A DNA stretch of 41,743 bases from a virus (Duplodnaviria > Caudoviricetes): positions 1 to 41,743 of IMG/VR virus record IMGVR_UViG_3300017647_000007. The stretch is one strand, 5' to 3'. The notes below the pieces were generated by a model. It was not told the DNA's origin. It ran no database searches and saw nothing but the letters and a program-made list of their open reading frames with translations. Shown in pieces: positions 23,565 through 33,647 of this stretch. Position numbers and translations under genes: made by a program. Each line of letters starts with the position of its first letter. Within the stretch, counting starts at the first letter, position 1.

Positions 23565-26500
23565 GTGTCAACCGAACTCGCCTCGGGTTACATCTCCCTA
23601 TCCGTCAAGTATGGCGACGCGATGGAGCAGATCACCAAAGATCTGCTTGGTCTCGACAAGACCGCCAAGCGTGCCGGTGATGATGCGGGGAAGTCCCTCA
23701 ACAAGTCCCTGAGCAAGTCCATGAAGGTGGACTCCGGGGACGCCAAGCGCGGCCTGTCCGGTATCACCAACGCGGCCGACGACACCGGCAAGAAGGCTGG
23801 CAAGAGGCTCGGCTCCGGCATGCTGGACGGGGCCAAGACGCAGTTCAAGTCCGGAGCCAGCAAGATCACTGGCGGCCTCGGCTCTGCCGGAACCGATGCG
23901 GCACAGAACTTCCTGGACGGCTTCGGTGGCCCGATCGGCAAGATCGGCAGCAAGGCTGGGCCCATCGGTCTGGCCTTGACCGCCGCGGTCGGCCTCGGCT
24001 TCAGCGCTGGTGCTCTGATCGCCAAGCAGGTCTTCGCGGGCATGGAGAAGGAGCAGCAGCAGGCGAACTTCGCCGCCAAGCTCGGCCTCACCCCGGAGCA
24101 GGCTGCACCGCTCGCCAAGGGCGCTGGAAAGGCCTACGCCAACAACTTCGGCGAGAGCATCGCCGACAACATGACTACTGCCGAGCAGGCCGTTCAGGGC
24201 GGTCTACTGAGGGCCACGGCCTCGGCCGAAGAGAGTCAGAGGGTCATCGAGGGCGTCAACACCGTCTCTCAGGTGACGGGTGCCGACAGCCAGGAGATCA
24301 TCCGGGCTACCGGCCAGCTGCTGCGTACCGGGCTCGTGAAGGACTACGACGAGGCGTTCGACCTCATCGTCAAGTCTCAGCAGAAGGGCCTGAACAAGTC
24401 GGAGGATTTGTTCGACACCATCAACGAGTACGGCACCCAGTGGCGCAAGCTCGGCCTCGACGGCGAAGAAGCCATGGGCCTCATCAACCAGGCCGTCCAG
24501 AACGGTGCCCGTGACTCCGACGTTGCAGCCGACGCCATCAAGGAATTCTCCATCCGGGCCATCGACGGCTCGAAGACCACCACTGAGGCATACGAGGCGC
24601 TCGGCCTGAACGCCGAGGAGATGGCGCAGAACTTCGCCAAGGGCGGAGATGACGCCAAGCGCTCCTTCGGCCAGGTGCTCGACAGCCTCCGCAAAATCGA
24701 AGATCCGGTCAAGCGCAACGCCATTGCCGTGGCACTGTTCGGCACGCAAGCCGAAGACCTCGGTGACGCACTCAACCACATGGACCTCGACACCGCCACG
24801 GCGGAAATGGAGGGGCTCGAAGGGGCAACCCAGCGGGCTGCCGACACCATGGGCGGAACGGCCGCAGGTTCTTTCGAGTCTGCGAAGCGCACCATTGAGG
24901 TCGCAGTCGGGGACATGCAGAAGCAGCTCGCCGACGTGCTGGCCCCGACCCTCCAGAAGTTCGCTGACTGGTTTGTCGCTCACGAGGATGACGTCGTCAA
25001 CTTCTTCACGAAGGTCGGCCAGGGTGCCCTGTGGGCCGTGGAATCGGTGGTTCGCTTCGTCGGTGACGTGATCGACGCTGTCGCCGACCTTGTTGGCGCC
25101 TTCGGTGATGTCCAGGGTTGGGTTCTCAAGTTCCAGGCGTGGCAGGCGGATCTCCGTGGCGACCATGAGACCGCCAACGAGTTTCGCGCTCAGGCGGAGG
25201 AGGCCTTCGGCCTTGGCGAGAGTCTGCACAAGACCGCCGCCGAGTGGAAGGGGTATGCCGACGGTCTCGCCGAATCCCGCGAAGAGATGGGCAAGAACCA
25301 GGAGCAGGCGCAGAAGGTCAGCGAGGCCCTCAAGGTCCTCAAGAACGATCTCGTCACACTGCCCGATGGCAAGACCATTGTCCTCAAGGACAACTCTGAA
25401 GAGACCAAGAGGCGCATGGAGGAACTCGGCTTCGCGGTCGAGCGCCTCCCCGATGGCAACCTCACGATCCGTGTGGCCTACAAGGACCAGAACGGCAACA
25501 ACATTGACCCGGGCCAGCTGGGAGTCTCTCAGAGGCAGCAGTCGGCTGCGCAGGGCAACGAGGGCCCCCGTGGCGCATACGCCAGTGGTGGCGTCGTCCG
25601 TGGCCCGGGTACCGGCACATCGGACTCGATTCTGGCCTGGCTCTCCAACGGCGAGGGCGTTGTTACCGCCAAGGCGATGCGTAATGGTGGCGCGGCCCTC
25701 GTCGCGGCGCTAAACGCTGGCTGGACCCCTCCGGCCGAGATGCTGCACGGCATGATCCCCGGTTTCGCCGAGGGTCTAAGTCCCGGTGCGGATTTCCTGC
25801 GCTCAACAGTGTTGCGCATGTGGCCGCAGATCACCACGATCGGCGGCCGGCGCTCCGAGGATGGCTACGGCGAGCACTCGTCGGGCAACGCTTTGGACAT
25901 CATGATCCCGGGCTACCAGGGGGCCGAGGGTGTCGCTCTCGGCAACTCGATCCTGGCCTTCCTCCAGAAGAACGCCTCGGCGCTCGGCGTGGACGGAATC
26001 ATCTGGCGGCAGACGTCTTACGGCTACGGCGGGTCACTAACCTCCGGCAAGCAGATGTCCGATCGCGGCAGCGACACCCAGAACCACATGGACCACGTCC
26101 ACGTCATCCTGGGCAAGGGCCGTGGCGTCGGCGCTGAGCCGGTGCAGGCCCCCTCCGTGGCGCTCTCCGCGCCTGGCAGCGTGTCTCCCTCTGGCAACGG
26201 CAGTGTGAAGCTGCGCGAGGCCAGCGACAAGGTCACCGACCTGGAGAGCCGCGTCAGCGTTGCTGAGCAAGAGCTGTCGGAGATCGAAAGCGATCCCAAA
26301 GCCAAGGAAAGCGCCAAGCAAAAGAAGCGCAACGAGGTTGAGAAGCTCAAGCGAGATCTTCAGCAGGCCAAGGACGACAAGGCCACGCTCGAACAAGAAC
26401 TCGCCAACGGCGACGGCGAAAGCGGCGGCGGCAGGAACTCTGGCGACGACCCGTTCTCGAAGATCACCGATGGCCTGAGCGATTTGGCAGACCTCGCCAT

Positions 26501-26945
26501 GGGCGGCATCAAGGAAACTCTTCTCCCGGAGGGTTTCTCCGATCCGACCCAGTGGGGGATTCTCCAGGCCGCCTCCGGCATCTTCGGCTTCGCCAGTGGG
26601 CTGGTTCAGGACCCGGGCGCACGCGCTGCACTCGGCGCGGTCTCTGCGGGCCTCGGCGGTGACGCCGGGGGAGTGGTGGACGCTCTCGGAACCTTGATTC
26701 CTCGGCCGTTCGAAGCTGGCACGACAACCGATGTGGGCCCTGCGCCTTTCGAGCCGCTGAACCTGGCTCCCGGGTCAAGCGCTCCGACCGCAGTCGAGCC
26801 TGCCGCGCATCAGGGCAACGGCCAGCAGCCGGGTCCTACGACGAACATCAACCAGAACATCGTGGACCCGAAGAACGCGACCGACGCCATCAAGGCCACT
26901 CAGACCAATGGCTTTCGCAATAACTTCGGGACGGCAAGGGTTTAA
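23565..26945 (+). CDS. Tape measure protein with embedded peptidase-like domain
   Basis: 1126 aa, Ala/Gly-rich; ELASGYISL start; DTINEY..KLG core; GPGTGTSDSI; EHSSGNALD..HMDHVH. Confidence 0.95.
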   Translation: MSTELASGYISLSVKYGDAMEQITKDLLGLDKTAKRAGDDAGKSLNKSLSKSMKVDSGDAKRGLSGITNAADDTGKKAGKRLGSGMLDGAKTQFKSGASKITGGLGSAGTDAAQNFLDGFGGPIGKIGSKAGPIGLALTAAVGLGFSAGALIAKQVFAGMEKEQQQANFAAKLGLTPEQAAPLAKGAGKAYANNFGESIADNMTTAEQAVQGGLLRATASAEESQRVIEGVNTVSQVTGADSQEIIRATGQLLRTGLVKDYDEAFDLIVKSQQKGLNKSEDLFDTINEYGTQWRKLGLDGEEAMGLINQAVQNGARDSDVAADAIKEFSIRAIDGSKTTTEAYEALGLNAEEMAQNFAKGGDDAKRSFGQVLDSLRKIEDPVKRNAIAVALFGTQAEDLGDALNHMDLDTATAEMEGLEGATQRAADTMGGTAAGSFESAKRTIEVAVGDMQKQLADVLAPTLQKFADWFVAHEDDVVNFFTKVGQGALWAVESVVRFVGDVIDAVADLVGAFGDVQGWVLKFQAWQADLRGDHETANEFRAQAEEAFGLGESLHKTAAEWKGYADGLAESREEMGKNQEQAQKVSEALKVLKNDLVTLPDGKTIVLKDNSEETKRRMEELGFAVERLPDGNLTIRVAYKDQNGNNIDPGQLGVSQRQQSAAQGNEGPRGAYASGGVVRGPGTGTSDSILAWLSNGEGVVTAKAMRNGGAALVAALNAGWTPPAEMLHGMIPGFAEGLSPGADFLRSTVLRMWPQITTIGGRRSEDGYGEHSSGNALDIMIPGYQGAEGVALGNSILAFLQKNASALGVDGIIWRQTSYGYGGSLTSGKQMSDRGSDTQNHMDHVHVILGKGRGVGAEPVQAPSVALSAPGSVSPSGNGSVKLREASDKVTDLESRVSVAEQELSEIESDPKAKESAKQKKRNEVEKLKRDLQQAKDDKATLEQELANGDGESGGGRNSGDDPFSKITDGLSDLADLAMGGIKETLLPEGFSDPTQWGILQAASGIFGFASGLVQDPGARAALGAVSAGLGGDAGGVVDALGTLIPRPFEAGTTTDVGPAPFEPLNLAPGSSAPTAVEPAAHQGNGQQPGPTTNINQNIVDPKNATDAIKATQTNGFRNNFGTARV

Positions 26946-26948
26946 GCA

Positions 26949-28046
26949 TTGGTTAACTACAGTCTGCATGGTCCGCCGGACACAGACTTCTACGGGTTGC
27001 CGGATTACCTCCGGGCGACCACCACGAAGATCGTCTATGTCGGCGTACCGCATCCGACAACCAAGGAGCGCTACAGGTTCACGCTGAGCGGCACGGGGGC
27101 AGGTAAGGAAGGTCTGATCCTTGCCCCCGTGCTCTCGGGCATGATGCACGTTCCCTTTGAGCAACTGATGTCTGAAGGTCCCTACACGGTCGGGGCGATC
27201 CCCGAGCGCACGGACTGGAAAAAGCGCGTCATCAACATGGCCGTCCAGGTGAACCCGGACATCGCTCCTCACATCTCCGGAAACTCCGGCCGCCTGGTCG
27301 ATACCCCGTTCCGCTACCGCGTCCTGGAGGACCGTTGGTGGGGCTCGTGGTCGGCCACAGAGGACGGCTATCTGGGCGTCTGGACGCGCACCACAGGGTG
27401 GCGCTGGCTCCGGGTGCGCCTGGCCTCCGATCCCAAGACAGCGTTCCAACTGGACCCCACTGCGCATGGGAACAATTTCATGGAGTGGGAGATGGAGATC
27501 GTTGCGACCCAGCCGTACTGGGCCAAGCGCATGGAGTTCGCCACCTGGAACAACAACGCTGACACCTCCACCGTGTGGGACAAGATCGAGGATCTGCTCA
27601 ACGAGTTCATCCCCGGTCTCGACGTCGGCGAGGGTGCCATCAAGATTGCCAACCGCGGCGATCAGTGGGCGTATCCGAAGTTCATCGTGTCGAGCCCCGG
27701 TAAGGCGTGGATCAAGGAAGGCGACCACTGGGTGGAGCTTCCGCTCCTCACCCCGAAGGACGGCTACGTCCTGGTCGATACCGACCCCAACGCCCGGACG
27801 CTGACGGCCTCCACCGATCCGGTGGACCCGCTGCTGTTCCGCATCCTGCGCAACTCCCAGTTCGCGGATCTCATCCTGCACGACCTCCTGGCCACTGGCC
27901 TGCCGGTGTGGCGGCGCATGAAGGGTTCGTTCTCCGAGGCTTCGAAGATCCCCCCCAAGACGCTCACCACCCTGCACGTCCGCCATTCAAATGCCAACGG
28001 CTCGATCACCGCGATCATGCCGCAGCGCTACGCAATGGCTTACTGA
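26949..28046 (+). CDS. Minor tail protein (distal tail, Dit-like)
   Basis: Follows tape measure; GWRWLRVRL, NRGD..AYP, VDTDP. Confidence 0.85.
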   Translation: MVNYSLHGPPDTDFYGLPDYLRATTTKIVYVGVPHPTTKERYRFTLSGTGAGKEGLILAPVLSGMMHVPFEQLMSEGPYTVGAIPERTDWKKRVINMAVQVNPDIAPHISGNSGRLVDTPFRYRVLEDRWWGSWSATEDGYLGVWTRTTGWRWLRVRLASDPKTAFQLDPTAHGNNFMEWEMEIVATQPYWAKRMEFATWNNNADTSTVWDKIEDLLNEFIPGLDVGEGAIKIANRGDQWAYPKFIVSSPGKAWIKEGDHWVELPLLTPKDGYVLVDTDPNARTLTASTDPVDPLLFRILRNSQFADLILHDLLATGLPVWRRMKGSFSEASKIPPKTLTTLHVRHSNANGSITAIMPQRYAMAY

Positions 28047-28082
28047 TTCGAGGTATCCCTAAATGAAGGCTCTGATTATTCG

Positions 28083-29969
28083 ATGAGCTGGTCGGTCGAT
28101 TTGACCGACTTCACCGACCTTAACAGGTTGCTTGACCGGGTTATTGCGGATACGCAAGCCCCGACTGTTGGCGACCCTCTGGAAGCTTATCGCTATCTAG
28201 AGGGTCGTCGGCGGATGTATGCCGAACAAGCCCACCAGCGCCCGCTTCTGCGGCTGTGGGACAAAAACATGCAGTATGTCGGCACCATTGCTCAAGAGAA
28301 GTCGTGTCGCGTTGAAGAACTAATGACGGACTCTGGCACTGCCAATGTCGTGATTCGTCGCGATAACTGGCTGTCGGATTTCATTCTGTACGATCGCCGC
28401 GCCGAAGAAGACCTCCATTTCACCCTCGACCCTGATCCGCTCAATAGGTCATGGCGAACCAGGTGGGGCGGAAAGATCACGGCGGTTAGCGCGAAACGTA
28501 CAGCCGCAGGTCTCCATGAAGTGGAATTGGAGGCCATCCACAACCGAGAGCACCTGAAGCATATTCTCGGCGGCGCCAACCCTATCTTCCCTCCGGAAAT
28601 TCAGTTTCCGAAGATGTTCCTGCTCCCGTGGAACTGCCGGACAGCCGTTTCGATGATGCTTTTCATCAACTTGGCGCGGCAATTCTTCCCGTTGCTGTCC
28701 ATTCCCACCAACATATTCAACCCTGGCGCATGGCTGGGTGTTGCAGGCATTGTTGGCGGGCTCGATCCGCTGGCCTGGCCAATTCAGGTGCAATTCCTGA
28801 ACCCGCTATTCGACCAGTCCCGGACCGAGATTCTGACGGCCCGCTGGAACGACATGCACACCATCACCGCGGAAGCCCTCGAGGACGCCGGGTGCATGGT
28901 CCGCGCCTACACGTGGCTCACCGAGGACAAGGACTCCCCACACCCCGAGCTCCACCTGGGGCTCAAGGACGCCCCGGTGGTGGGCCCGGTGCTCCGGAAG
29001 ATCTCCGAGACCACCGGCCTGCCCACTGACCTGGACGAACTCGCTCGCCCGCATCGCAACTGCGTGATCCTGGCGGTGGAGGACAAGTCGGGCGTCACCG
29101 GCCCCACGGGCACCCTGCTGGACGGTCCGATCAACCTGATCGCCTCCACGGCCGACGACCTCATCACCGAGACCTTGGCCAGTGTCCTAGACCTCGACAA
29201 GGACAACGACGGCGAGACCGATCCGCTGATTCGTAAATGGCTGGGCGTCGCTCCTAAACCGCCTTGGGTGGTTTTCAAGGACGGCCAGTATTCGCAGATC
29301 ATTGAATCGCAGCGCACAATGCACGGCGCTACTGCGAAGACAATTATGATCGGCGGTAAATCACCGTCCTGGGTTAACCAGCTCCAAACATTCGCCATCA
29401 AGTATGGCCTGTCGCAATTATCCTCGCTCATTCAATATGTGGCCGCCGGCGGCCTTGCTGCATATCAGGGCGCGGTCCAGGTTCCGGGCACTCCGGGCTT
29501 GGAGGAAATTTACCAGGGCCAATTGGATGACACGCTTTTGGCTTGGCAGCGGTTTACCGATCCGGTGCGTGCTCTGCGAATGGGTGACTTCGGATTCTTG
29601 GAGCATTTCGAGACCGGTGGCGGTGGTACCGCATATACCGTTTCGGGTGTCATGAATTTGCGAAGTGGGCATTGGAAGACCCGTGCCTACACGTCGTTCA
29701 AGACGTCCGTCTCGAACCTTGCGGGACCGTATTACCTGGACGTGGATTACACCCTGGGGGACCGACTCGGTTTCCAGATGGGAAATGTTATCCACGTCGA
29801 TCAGCTGTACGGGTATCGCCGGTACTACGACGAGAACACGCCAATGACAATCGAGCTCACCATTGGCAACGACGCAGAGGAACAAGACCCATTCGCCCGC
29901 GGCATGAGAGTGCTGCAAGGCGCGTGGAACATGATCGGGGCGATTCTAGGGTCACAGGACCTATTTTGA
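28083..29969 (+). CDS. Minor tail protein (baseplate hub)
   Basis: PLLRLWDKNM, RWGG, GGKSPSWVN, DYTLGDR. Confidence 0.87.
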   Translation: MSWSVDLTDFTDLNRLLDRVIADTQAPTVGDPLEAYRYLEGRRRMYAEQAHQRPLLRLWDKNMQYVGTIAQEKSCRVEELMTDSGTANVVIRRDNWLSDFILYDRRAEEDLHFTLDPDPLNRSWRTRWGGKITAVSAKRTAAGLHEVELEAIHNREHLKHILGGANPIFPPEIQFPKMFLLPWNCRTAVSMMLFINLARQFFPLLSIPTNIFNPGAWLGVAGIVGGLDPLAWPIQVQFLNPLFDQSRTEILTARWNDMHTITAEALEDAGCMVRAYTWLTEDKDSPHPELHLGLKDAPVVGPVLRKISETTGLPTDLDELARPHRNCVILAVEDKSGVTGPTGTLLDGPINLIASTADDLITETLASVLDLDKDNDGETDPLIRKWLGVAPKPPWVVFKDGQYSQIIESQRTMHGATAKTIMIGGKSPSWVNQLQTFAIKYGLSQLSSLIQYVAAGGLAAYQGAVQVPGTPGLEEIYQGQLDDTLLAWQRFTDPVRALRMGDFGFLEHFETGGGGTAYTVSGVMNLRSGHWKTRAYTSFKTSVSNLAGPYYLDVDYTLGDRLGFQMGNVIHVDQLYGYRRYYDENTPMTIELTIGNDAEEQDPFARGMRVLQGAWNMIGAILGSQDLF

Positions 29970-29983
29970 CCCCCTAAACGAGC

Positions 29984-30020
29984 GAGGGCCCGGGAAGCAG
30001 TTCCCCTTTCCCGGGCCCTC
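29984..30020 (+). promoter_or_regulatory. Intergenic GC-rich hairpin
   Basis: 13-bp stem GAGGGCCCGGGAA/TTCCCGGGCCCTC, loop GCAGTTCCCCT, no U-tract. Confidence 0.6.
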
Positions 30021-30045
30021 CGCCATGGATAGATAAAGGCTGCAA

Positions 30046-30534
30046 ATGGGCTTCATTGATTTCACCAAGACCGACGCCGCCCAGCAGTTGTTCGCCGAGC
30101 AGAACGACGACGCGGCGCGCAAGCAGGAAATGGCTGCGGCACTCGCCGACTTCATCAAAGACTGCCATTACCCCGTGGCGAAGGACGGCTCCATTATGGA
30201 CGCCTCCTACTTCGTGGCCATCGTCGGTTACCACATGGTCCGCTGCGGCTGGCGTCGCGCGGCCGACCCCGTCATCAAGAAACGCAAAGTCCTCGGCCCC
30301 GGCGTTATCGAAGACGCCGTGGAATGGGTCGGAGTTGACGAGCCGGATGACGAATTGGCGAATCTCGCCACCATGACATTGCAGGAAGTCGCTGCACTTT
30401 CCCCCGCCGCCAAGGCGGAGGCCATTCGCCGAATGGGTGGCGAATACGACCACGATCTCCCGGAGCCCGAAGTCGCCTGGCAGGTCACTCCCAATATCAC
30501 CATCACCGACGTTCCTAGCGCCGAAGATTTCTAA
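30046..30534 (+). CDS. Minor tail protein (DUF2744-like)
   Basis: Position after hub; YHMVRCGWR..IKKR..WV.VDEPDD. Confidence 0.72.
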   Translation: MGFIDFTKTDAAQQLFAEQNDDAARKQEMAAALADFIKDCHYPVAKDGSIMDASYFVAIVGYHMVRCGWRRAADPVIKKRKVLGPGVIEDAVEWVGVDEPDDELANLATMTLQEVAALSPAAKAEAIRRMGGEYDHDLPEPEVAWQVTPNITITDVPSAEDF

Positions 30535-30547
30535 TGGAGAGGCTTAA

Positions 30548-31630
30548 ATGACCCAACCTGGTGACAGCGTTTACCTGGGCTCCGTCCTGACCAATATGCA
30601 CTTCTGGGGATACGTTTCCGACCTGGACGTCCCCGCAGGCGTGACGGGCACCTTCGAGGTGGCGCAGAACGACGGCGCGATCACGCTCGACGCTCTGGTC
30701 GGCCCGCAGGGTGTGCCCGGTGAGAACGCCCCCATCGTCAAGATGCAGTACCAAAGCTCCATTGACGACCCGGACGACCTGCCCGACAACCTGACCGACG
30801 ATCCGGCCGACATCGGCAAAGCCTGGTGGGTGGGCAACATCGTCTACCTGTGGGACGGGGAGCACTACGTCCCCAAGCAGATGGGTACGCAGGGCCCTCC
30901 GGGACCCGTGCCGAACATAACCCCCTCGGTGCAGCTGCTGGACCCTGACGACGACGACCTCTCCTCGGAGATCGTGGTCTCGGGTACCGCGACCAACCCG
31001 GGCTGGCTGCTGAAGCTGAAGTGCCCCAAGGGTCCTAAAGGCGACAACGCCACCATCCGCGACGCCACCGACTACGACGATTCGACCCCGCCGGCCACTG
31101 GCCAGGTGATCGCGTGGAACGGCACGGACTACGCACCGCGTGACTTCAACCCGCTGGCGACGAAGATCTACTCGATCCCCGAGGCGGCCTTCACGAACTT
31201 CACCGGCCTCTCGACGCGACAGACAATCGCCACCTTCGAGGTTCCCCCGCAGGAGTTCGACTGGCAGCCGATCGTGTTCGGTCACGTCAAGGCGCACGGT
31301 ATCGAGCTGGACTCTGATCCATTCATTATCGGTATGGAAGTCCGTATCGGTGATGCAACATCTGGTGAATTGATCGGCCGCGGCTTCGGCAACAACTCGT
31401 CCTGGACGACTGTCGTTCCCCACTACTCGACCCCCGGATCGCCGACTCGAGCGGTCACCCCGGATAACGGCGTCGGTGTTGTCCCCGCTTATCACTCGGG
31501 CACGGCCGGGACGATTTACGTCAACCTTTACAACGACGGCCTGACCGGCATTTATCAGTTCAATAAGACGAATGCACAGCTGACCATCATGGTGGTGCCT
31601 GTGTCGCCGGTGGTGGAAGCAGGTAGCTAA
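30548..31630 (+). CDS. Minor tail protein (baseplate, short collagen segments)
   Basis: GPQGVPGE, GTQGPPGP, GPKGD; VPPQEFDWQPIVFG. Confidence 0.82.
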   Translation: MTQPGDSVYLGSVLTNMHFWGYVSDLDVPAGVTGTFEVAQNDGAITLDALVGPQGVPGENAPIVKMQYQSSIDDPDDLPDNLTDDPADIGKAWWVGNIVYLWDGEHYVPKQMGTQGPPGPVPNITPSVQLLDPDDDDLSSEIVVSGTATNPGWLLKLKCPKGPKGDNATIRDATDYDDSTPPATGQVIAWNGTDYAPRDFNPLATKIYSIPEAAFTNFTGLSTRQTIATFEVPPQEFDWQPIVFGHVKAHGIELDSDPFIIGMEVRIGDATSGELIGRGFGNNSSWTTVVPHYSTPGSPTRAVTPDNGVGVVPAYHSGTAGTIYVNLYNDGLTGIYQFNKTNAQLTIMVVPVSPVVEAGS

Positions 31631-33402
31631 TGCCGAGAGCGTTCGATCGCCTCACCCCGATTGCGGATATGGACCCCACAAAGGGGTTCGAATTCGATCC
31701 TGGTCGCTTTGCGATCCAATTGGGCGATGTATGGGGGCTGGTATTCCGTGCCCTTATGGAGGGCATCGAGAACTCGTTCAAGGCCATTCTCCGGGCCCTG
31801 TTGCCTTTCGCGGAGAACTTCGAGGAATTGGCCTTCGATGATCTGATCCCCCTCCTGGGGGCGTTCATCTCAGGCCTTCCTTTGGTGGAAGATGTCGTCG
31901 CCACCATCAAAAGCATTTTGTCGCACATCTTCGGTGGCATCGACCTCACCGACCTGCCGTCTCCCGAGGAGATCTGGCGAGCGGCGATCAACACGGTCAT
32001 CGCGCCGTTCAACCTGCTGCTGGGGCCGAACTCCCCGCTGAACCTGGCCAACGCCGTGGGATGGCTCACGCACATCGACCTCGGCAGCATCGGGCGGTTC
32101 TCGCCCAACCTGCTGCACGGTGGCGACTTCAACGACGGCACCATTGACGAGGGCACGGGCTTCACCCGGGAGGACGGCGGCATCGTCGCCGTCACGGCCG
32201 ATGGGTCGGACTTCCTGCTGACCTCGGAAGTGATCCGGGTGAGCAAAGACCAGGTCATCTCGGCCGGGGCCTCCGCCCGCTTCGCCGACGCGCTCAGCAC
32301 TGGCGACGCCATCGCCGTGGAGCTGGTGGCCGTGGTCGCCGACGTCGATGACGACGAGGTATGGGTCCCGGTCTCTACGGAGACGCTGGGCACCCTGGAG
32401 CCTGACGGAACCTCCGGGACCTGGACGGTCCTGGAGGACGAGTACACGGTCCCCGAGGGCGTGGATGGCGTAGCGCTTCAGCTGCACGTCACCCCGGACA
32501 TGACCTCCGGCACGGCACGATTCAAGTCAGCGTTCATCAAGAAGACGCAGCGCCTGCCGATCCCGTTCGTGGATCAGCTTCAGACGGTGCTGGACGCTGC
32601 CGCCTCGGTGGTGCAGGGGATTATCGACCGGATCATCAATGCCTTCAACAACCTCGGCGAGCTGGTTGACATCAACCTCGACGTCGGTGGCGTTCTGGAC
32701 GCGATCTTCGGCATCTTCGATGTGGGCCTCGGCGCACGGTCGCAGACCTCGGCTCTGGCCGCCCGCATCCGTGCCCTGGAGTCGGCCGCCAACTCGATCG
32801 TCCTGGACTTCGAGGGACCCTCGACCACGAGCATGCCCGGCTGGACCATCACGTCCAGTGGTGGTGGGGCAGGGGCTATGGGGCCCAACGGCAAAGGCAA
32901 CCTGATGTGGCATCCCAGCGGCTTCGGTAACCGCACCCAGATCGGCCGCTACGACGGTGGCGCACTGAGTGTGGACAACGGCCGCATGGAGTGGATTCTG
33001 GCCACCAGCCCGCAGTCCTACGTCTTCGATGACGCCTACACCTACATCTGCTTCCGCATGAAGGACTCTTCGAACTACATGCGGGTGCGCAGTGGCTACA
33101 ACGGGATTCGCATCCAGTCGGTGGTCTCAGGTGTGGTGACGAACGTCGGGTCGGGCTGGGAAGGTAACCCCAAGGCGGGTGACGCTTTCGTGCTGGAGTT
33201 CGGCGAGGCCGGGGACTCCGCCCACCGACACTTCGTGCTGTACCGCAACGGCGCTCCGATCATCGACACCGAAGACGAGACGTCCCCGTACGGCGCGGAC
33301 TACCGCCGCATCGGCGCAGGAATGGAGACCGGCAACCGTCTGGTCATCACCCAGAACATACCGGCAGGGCTCGGCGTCCTGACCGCTTCGGAGGTTTTGT
33401 GA
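31630..33402 (+). CDS. Minor tail protein with carbohydrate-binding-like domains
   Basis: PNLL.GGDF..YTVPEGV CBM-like segment; C-terminal beta domain YGADYRRIG. Confidence 0.8.
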   Translation: MPRAFDRLTPIADMDPTKGFEFDPGRFAIQLGDVWGLVFRALMEGIENSFKAILRALLPFAENFEELAFDDLIPLLGAFISGLPLVEDVVATIKSILSHIFGGIDLTDLPSPEEIWRAAINTVIAPFNLLLGPNSPLNLANAVGWLTHIDLGSIGRFSPNLLHGGDFNDGTIDEGTGFTREDGGIVAVTADGSDFLLTSEVIRVSKDQVISAGASARFADALSTGDAIAVELVAVVADVDDDEVWVPVSTETLGTLEPDGTSGTWTVLEDEYTVPEGVDGVALQLHVTPDMTSGTARFKSAFIKKTQRLPIPFVDQLQTVLDAAASVVQGIIDRIINAFNNLGELVDINLDVGGVLDAIFGIFDVGLGARSQTSALAARIRALESAANSIVLDFEGPSTTSMPGWTITSSGGGAGAMGPNGKGNLMWHPSGFGNRTQIGRYDGGALSVDNGRMEWILATSPQSYVFDDAYTYICFRMKDSSNYMRVRSGYNGIRIQSVVSGVVTNVGSGWEGNPKAGDAFVLEFGEAGDSAHRHFVLYRNGAPIIDTEDETSPYGADYRRIGAGMETGNRLVITQNIPAGLGVLTASEVL

Positions 33403-33647
33403 GCGTTCTAGATTCAGGGCCCGTCGAACTCGACGGCCCGCAGACAATGCTGGCGGTTCTGACCGAACTCGTCGGCGACGATGCCACCAACTGGCGTGGC
33501 CAGATCGACGTGTGGGACACCGGCAACGGTGCCACCTGGCGCGTGGAACTCAACGACGACAAGGGCAACCGCGTCTCGGCCGTGCAGGGCCAGTATCTGG
33601 TCTTGACTTACGGGCGACTGCTGGTCCTGGACGCCAATGAGGTCTGA
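33399..33647 (+). CDS. Small tail-region protein
   Basis: Coupled at both ends; beta-rich. Confidence 0.7.
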   Translation: MSVLDSGPVELDGPQTMLAVLTELVGDDATNWRGQIDVWDTGNGATWRVELNDDKGNRVSAVQGQYLVLTYGRLLVLDANEV

